Below, in pieces: positions 59,290-64,000 of a DNA stretch of 64,000 nt. Under the pieces are notes generated by a model. It saw nothing but the letters and a program-made list of their open reading frames with translations, was not told the origin of the DNA and searched no databases. Source of the stretch: an uncultured Candidatus Bathyarchaeia archaeon (GTDB taxonomy: Archaea > Thermoproteota > CALKCG01 > B24 > DRYS01); contig CAZBGY010000001.1 in the NCBI GenBank assembly GCA_964491605.1, positions 23,694-87,693 of the forward strand. The letters run 5' to 3'. The translations under genes and the position numbers were made by a program. How positions within the stretch are numbered: position 1 is the stretch's first letter; every line of letters begins with the position of its first letter.

Positions 59290-60294
59290 GTGGACTGCTT
59301 GTTCCTACTAGGCGTAGACGGAGGTGCGACGAAGACCGTAGCTATAGTAGCTGATGAGAAGGGTACCCTATACGGGGTTGGATGCTCAGGATCGGCATCC
59401 CACCATTTCGTGGGGCGTGAAACCGCGAAGTTAAACGTATATACAGCTGTAGAGGAGGCTTTACGCTCTGCTGATTTGAATTGGAATGATATAGACGGTG
59501 TATGCTACGGATTATCCTCAGTTGGCGACTCCCCTATGGATACAGAGATAGTTAGAGAATTCGTATCGGAGATAACTCCGGTAGACTTCATACTAGTTAA
59601 CGATGTTATTAACGCGTATTACGCTGTATGTTTAGGCGAACCCGGTGTCGTAGTGGTAGCGGGTACAGGTTCCATTGCCTACGGCAGGAGCGGTATATAC
59701 GAGGCTAGGGTGGGTGGATGGGGGCAGCTTATAGGTGATGAGGGTAGTGCGGTCTACATAGCTAGGAGAGCTTTACAGGAAGCTACTAGGGCATATGACG
59801 GTAGAAGAGAGTATACGATACTCGTAGATAGGATACCTAAAGCTTTAGGTTTCAGGAACTTAGAGGAAGTTTCGTTTAGCATAATGACTATGCGGTTGAG
59901 CTTGATAGAGCTAGCTAAAATCGCTCCGATAGTCGCTGAAGCGGCTGCTAACGGCGACAGAGCGGCGATGGAGATTATAGAAGATTCTGGAAGAGAGTTA
60001 GCTCTACTAGCTGTAGCGTGTCTTAGGAAGCTTAAGCTAGAACATGGAGTGGTAGGAGCTTCAGGTGGCGTATTTAAATGTGGAGGCCTATTATGGGATA
60101 CGTTTACGTCTACGATAACCTCGATATACCCTGGCGTCGAGATTGTAGGTCCGATATACGGCTGGCAACCTGCTGCGGGTGCTATATTCCTAGCAGCTTA
60201 CGAGAAGAATATACGTATCGGTAGAGATGAGTTATCCCGTTTAATGGAAGCTTTAAGAATCGAAGAGAATAGGCTGTCAAGATATCCGACTTAG
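59290..60294 (+). CDS. BadF/BadG/BcrA/BcrD-type ATPase (N-acetylglucosamine-kinase-like, ASKHA fold)
   Basis: N-terminal LGVDGGATKT phosphate-1 motif, central GTGS phosphate-2 and an adenosine motif; 334 aa. Confidence 0.7.
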   Translation: MDCLFLLGVDGGATKTVAIVADEKGTLYGVGCSGSASHHFVGRETAKLNVYTAVEEALRSADLNWNDIDGVCYGLSSVGDSPMDTEIVREFVSEITPVDFILVNDVINAYYAVCLGEPGVVVVAGTGSIAYGRSGIYEARVGGWGQLIGDEGSAVYIARRALQEATRAYDGRREYTILVDRIPKALGFRNLEEVSFSIMTMRLSLIELAKIAPIVAEAAANGDRAAMEIIEDSGRELALLAVACLRKLKLEHGVVGASGGVFKCGGLLWDTFTSTITSIYPGVEIVGPIYGWQPAAGAIFLAAYEKNIRIGRDELSRLMEALRIEENRLSRYPT

Positions 60295-60819
60295 CTTCAA
60301 AAGCTCAGCTCTACATACGCTACAAAATCTGTGATCTTTCATGTCTACTTCGAGTATAGAGTTAGAGAATCGCATCACGCATCTAGGATTCGAACAGTGC
60401 CGCAACCCATATGTATGTCCTAGTTCATGTACTGCCTCTTTTAGAAGTCTTTCTAAGAGTAGTTTTAGATCGCATCTCTCTCCGTAAAATTCAGGTTTCA
60501 ACCTATGTATGCTTACTATAGCATAGTCTCCAGGGGATTCGGCTTGACCGAATACGAAGTTTAACCTAGGAGCGTATAGATCTAAGTCTGTCACCAGCAG
60601 TATACGGCTATCCCTACTTGTATAGGTGGATCTAAGATTATCTAGAATAACTGTAGATAGGTATTGCCTCCTACGAGCATTATATGCATTAGGTGGCGGC
60701 CTCATTATATGGGTGGATATAGAAACCTCTGTACCGAATATATTACGAAGCTCTATCTCAAGTTGTGATAGTAGTTTGATATCAATCTCACCTAGAGGTA
60801 CTAGCTTTATAGGCTTCAT
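60277..60819 (-). CDS. amzA: archaemetzincin (zinc metalloprotease)
   Basis: HELGHTYGLRHC zinc-binding motif and the CxxC…CxxC second site (CSNPRCVM…CSVC); 180 aa. Confidence 0.85.
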   Translation of the reverse strand: MKPIKLVPLGEIDIKLLSQLEIELRNIFGTEVSISTHIMRPPPNAYNARRRQYLSTVILDNLRSTYTSRDSRILLVTDLDLYAPRLNFVFGQAESPGDYAIVSIHRLKPEFYGERCDLKLLLERLLKEAVHELGHTYGLRHCSNPRCVMRFSNSILEVDMKDHRFCSVCRAELLKLSRIS

Positions 60820-60827
60820 ACCGTTCG

Positions 60828-62087
60828 CTATCCTATCTCATAGGTTTTCAATAACTCCACTCTACTGCATCTATACCCCTTCTCCTCTGCTAAGCTTTGA
60901 AGTTTAATCATTTTAGCTGGCTCTCCATGCATGAGGAATATCTGTGCATCCATACCTATCTTTTCGATAATTTTCACTAAACCGCTATGACCGGCATGGC
61001 TAGAGAAATCGAAATGCTTTACTCTAGCTTTAACCTGTTTAGCTCTTCCCCTCACTATGAACTTACCGGTTTTGAGAAGTATATCTCCTGGTGTACCTGG
61101 TATCTGATAGCTGACGAGGAATACCCCGTTTTCGGGTTTACCCATGAGCTTCTCCATATAGAATACGGCTGTTCCCCCTTTAAGCATACCCGCCGGGCTT
61201 ACTATTACGCATGGCTTCTTGAGTATATTCTTCCTCTCCTTCCATCCTGAAGGCCAATCTACCATACCCCAAGCCCTCTTGAACAGCCCTCCATCCCTAA
61301 GTTTAGATGAATGCTTTAATAGTATCTCCCCTGCTTTCACAGCCATGCCATCCACGTAGACTGGGTAATCGATATTGTAAGCCGATAATATGCATATAAT
61401 CTCATGCGCTCTACCTACGCTGAAAGCTGGTATAAGCACTTTACCGTTATTATCCAGTACCTCGTATATCTCAGCTATGAATTCCTTCTCGAGTTTAGAT
61501 CGATCAGGATGCTCTTCACCGGCGTATGTAGCTTCCATTATAGCTGCATCTAGTCTGCCATAATTCAAATCGGCTCCATTGAGAAGCCTAGTGTCTATAT
61601 CGTTGATATCTCCGGTGTAAAGTAGCCTATAGCCATTACTGTCTTCTAAGATAACCTGTATGGATCCAGGTATATGCCCTGAATTCAGGAATCTAACGTT
61701 GAAATCGCCTATTTCGAACTCCATACCAGGCTCCATTATTCTAGCTGATGATATCATATTTTCGACCTCTATAGTCTCGTATGGGAGATAGTATCCCGAG
61801 AGCCTTAGGAAATCTCTCAGAAGTAGATCGGTATACTCTAGGGTGAGCGTCGACAGATATAATGGTATACGTTTAGAGACGTAGAAGTATGGTGCTGCAC
61901 CTGTATGATCTAGATGAGCGTGGGTTAGTATTATACCATCTATCTCTCTAGGTGGGATGTGAGCTGGAAAACCTGGTATATGATTTAAAGCTACGCCGTA
62001 ATCCAATATCACCTTGGTATTCTCGGATTCTACCAATACTGCAGACCTACCTACAGACTCTGTACCGCCTAGGAATGTAACCTTCAA
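60828..62087 (-). CDS. beta-CASP ribonuclease (MBL fold; aCPSF/RNase-J-like RNA-processing nuclease)
   Basis: HxHxDH (LTHAHLDHTG), the beta-CASP Asp/His motifs and a C-terminal His; 419 aa. Confidence 0.8.
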   Translation of the reverse strand: MKVTFLGGTESVGRSAVLVESENTKVILDYGVALNHIPGFPAHIPPREIDGIILTHAHLDHTGAAPYFYVSKRIPLYLSTLTLEYTDLLLRDFLRLSGYYLPYETIEVENMISSARIMEPGMEFEIGDFNVRFLNSGHIPGSIQVILEDSNGYRLLYTGDINDIDTRLLNGADLNYGRLDAAIMEATYAGEEHPDRSKLEKEFIAEIYEVLDNNGKVLIPAFSVGRAHEIICILSAYNIDYPVYVDGMAVKAGEILLKHSSKLRDGGLFKRAWGMVDWPSGWKERKNILKKPCVIVSPAGMLKGGTAVFYMEKLMGKPENGVFLVSYQIPGTPGDILLKTGKFIVRGRAKQVKARVKHFDFSSHAGHSGLVKIIEKIGMDAQIFLMHGEPAKMIKLQSLAEEKGYRCSRVELLKTYEIG

Positions 62088-62108
62088 GGTCTATTCAAGC
62101 CCACCCTA

Positions 62109-62408
62109 CTACGCAGTGGTACCCCCCATTGATACCATACTCACTACTAGGGATATTATGAATAATATCCAGGAGACTATAAGTATTACTCGTACGATCT
62201 TCCTAGCTGCAGATACGAATTCGAGTACTAGATACAGAGCTGTCAGTGTTACGAGTAGTGTACATATATCGCTATAAGTCGCTGCAGCTTCCGGTGCAGC
62301 TTTAAACACGGTAACACTCATTATAAATCTAATAGCCTCCCGTAGATAGGAGTATATCGTCCATAGGAAATTCAAGATGGATTCCGACGAGGGTGTAGGT
62401 AGAGACAT
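62109..62408 (-). CDS. hypothetical small membrane protein
   Basis: 99 aa with two hydrophobic helices; between the beta-CASP gene and the UbiA gene. Confidence 0.3.
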   Translation of the reverse strand: MSLPTPSSESILNFLWTIYSYLREAIRFIMSVTVFKAAPEAAATYSDICTLLVTLTALYLVLEFVSAARKIVRVILIVSWILFIISLVVSMVSMGGTTA

Positions 62409-62468
62409 GTTTATACTACTATAGTGATGATTATACCATTTTTTAAGTCTTTCCAGAAGGAAGTCTCT

Positions 62469-63344
62469 TCATGTCAATCCTCCAAATATGAAGCCTATAA
62501 GCCCTACTAGCATTAAGAGGAGAACCGTATTCTTAACCCTTAAAGCTGTATCCCTGGATAGGCTGCGTGAAAGCTTAGCTATAGAATATATGAAGCCTAT
62601 ATCTACAAACATTATGAACGGGTAATAGTAGTGGGAAACCATATCTAGGATAGGTGGTATCAAACTTAGAGCTACGGCTGCTAGGTAAAATATAGATGCT
62701 ACGATACACGCTGTTCTCGCACCATAGCTGGTAGCTAGAGATTTCACGCCGTATGCGCGATCTCCCTCGATGTCGGCTATACTCTTCGTAACCTCCCTAC
62801 CTAGATTCGCTAGGAAAGCTATCGATGAGAATAATAGTAACAGAAGGAATCCTCCGTTCGTATGCGTATTTGTTATAGCTAAAGCCGTTAGCCCCCCGTA
62901 CACGAATGGGGCTGAGGCACAGAGGCTTACGGCAATATTCCCTATGAAGCCTAACCTTTTGAGCTTCCATGAATATAGATACGATAACGCTGCGAATAAT
63001 GCAGCGTATAAAAGACAGATAGGTGAAGTAGTTAAAGCTAAGATGAGACCTATGATCAGCATAGCGATCGATAAAGTTAAAGCTAGATTTGGAGATACAA
63101 CTCCTGATGGTATAGGTCTATTAGGTGCATTTATACGATCTATCGGTAAGTCGAAGTAATCGTTGATAGCCATGGAAGCTCCGCATAGTGTAAACCCTGT
63201 AATATATGAAGATACGATTTGAGTAATGTACGTGTATTCAGGTATCCTACGTAGAGCTATACATAAACCTACGTATACGGCTAACCCAGTCATGAAGCAG
63301 TTGATCGGGCGGATAAGCCTTACACAGCCGTATACCTTCTTCAC
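62469..63344 (-). CDS. UbiA-family prenyltransferase (digeranylgeranylglyceryl phosphate synthase-like)
   Basis: NDYFDLPIDRINAPNRPIPSG (first Asp-rich motif) and a second D-rich motif; 291 aa, 8-9 TM. Confidence 0.8.
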   Translation of the reverse strand: MKKVYGCVRLIRPINCFMTGLAVYVGLCIALRRIPEYTYITQIVSSYITGFTLCGASMAINDYFDLPIDRINAPNRPIPSGVVSPNLALTLSIAMLIIGLILALTTSPICLLYAALFAALSYLYSWKLKRLGFIGNIAVSLCASAPFVYGGLTALAITNTHTNGGFLLLLLFSSIAFLANLGREVTKSIADIEGDRAYGVKSLATSYGARTACIVASIFYLAAVALSLIPPILDMVSHYYYPFIMFVDIGFIYSIAKLSRSLSRDTALRVKNTVLLLMLVGLIGFIFGGLT

Positions 63345-64000
63345 GGTACTTCAAAACTAAAAGGCAGCTTAAGACCGATTTAAAACTATAAGTATTCCCG
63401 GTCAGCTAATCCCTGGATGCTACCTAAATGTTTATCTGATCGTCTAGTCGTAAATCTATCGTGGATGATGAGCGATCCTGTCTATGTAATGGAAGGCTTT
63501 TAAAGCTGGATGTCGAAGCGAGCAGACTCTGACGACTATAAGCCTTATTACCTAGATTTTCATTACTCTAGTATCGGATGATTGGAGCTGGTATTACTGA
63601 GAGCCTATCAGGGCTTAATGATGTTAGACACCAAGTATGACATTCTGAGCCCGCATCAGACTCGCTTATCCCAGTATTCCACCCACATACACCTACGATA
63701 GAATCCGTTTAACCCTACACGTAATCCATTATGCTTTAATCATAGAAGTATGTTTAGTATAGGTGATAGAAGTATATCCCCGATCGGAGCGATTATGAAG
63801 CCTATCGTGAAGAAGAAAAGTAGCGGTATGCCGAAGGATACGTATATCTCATCGATCTTCAATTCGCGATACTTCTCGAGTATTTCAAGCTTAGCCTTGC
63901 TATCATAATCGATGGCTACCGTAATCCTTATTCTTCTTATAAACTTTCCGTTGACAACCTCTAGACTCTCAGCTGGGTATAGATAATTCTTCTCTGCGAA

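Noticed and set aside
1-64000. CRISPR arrays, cas genes, transposases, integrases
   Set aside because: No regularly spaced direct repeats and no recombinase or transposase-like ORFs were found anywhere in the window. The tRNA-flanked islet has no integrase or att-like repeat.

Overview
This is a 64 kb window from an archaeal chromosome of roughly 45% GC. The archaeal assignment rests on hallmark genes: aRF1, NucS/EndoMS, GPN-loop GTPase, archaemetzincin, a UbiA-family DGGGP-synthase-like prenyltransferase, 3-dehydroquinate synthase II, and a GHMP-type shikimate kinase. The window is gene-dense (about 64 CDS, most with overlapping start/stop codons) and carries 4 tRNAs. No CRISPR array, transposase or integrase was seen.

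Main blocks:
- Positions 1-10193, + strand: lysC(3' end)-asd followed by the complete archaeal aspartate-semialdehyde/DKFP-type aromatic amino-acid pathway in colinear order (aroA'-aroB'-aroD-aroE-aroK-aroA-aroC-pheA-tyrA).
- Positions 10205-15943, - strand: a branched-chain amino-acid operon, leuA/cimA-ilvB-ilvN-(sugar-phosphate isomerase)-ilvC. The leuA 5' end shows a homopolymer frame problem.
- Positions 22262-25465: a tRNA-Arg(CCT)...tRNA-Ser(GCT)-bounded islet of unusual membrane-associated genes. It holds an SPFH protein with a triple zinc ribbon, translationally coupled to a coiled-coil protein and a small polytopic membrane protein, plus a Spo0M-like protein with arrestin-N-like sequence motifs and a zinc ribbon. 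A transglutaminase-like membrane protein with an LxxDYxx heptad array sits just outside.
- Housekeeping genes: aRF1, NAD kinase, ADP-forming acetyl-CoA synthetase with a DRTGG partner, GPN GTPase, M20 peptidase, HAD hydrolase, and a CDF transporter with a triplicated cytoplasmic domain that abuts tRNA-Arg(TCT). Further on: rubrerythrin, a GH4 glycosidase, a Gfo/Idh/MocA oxidoreductase, and GMP synthase subunit B.
- Positions 46051-49244: a compact three-gene operon encoding a short SMC-like ATPase (631 aa), a kleisin-like protein and a tandem-wHTH ScpB/MukE-like protein. This is the most interesting candidate system in the window.
- Positions 49580-64000: a 1279-aa membrane-anchored S8 protease, RNase HII, MtaD, archaemetzincin, a beta-CASP RNase and DGGGP synthase.
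- Position 33060-33795: an ORF-free, AT-rich 0.73 kb segment that stands out from its surroundings.
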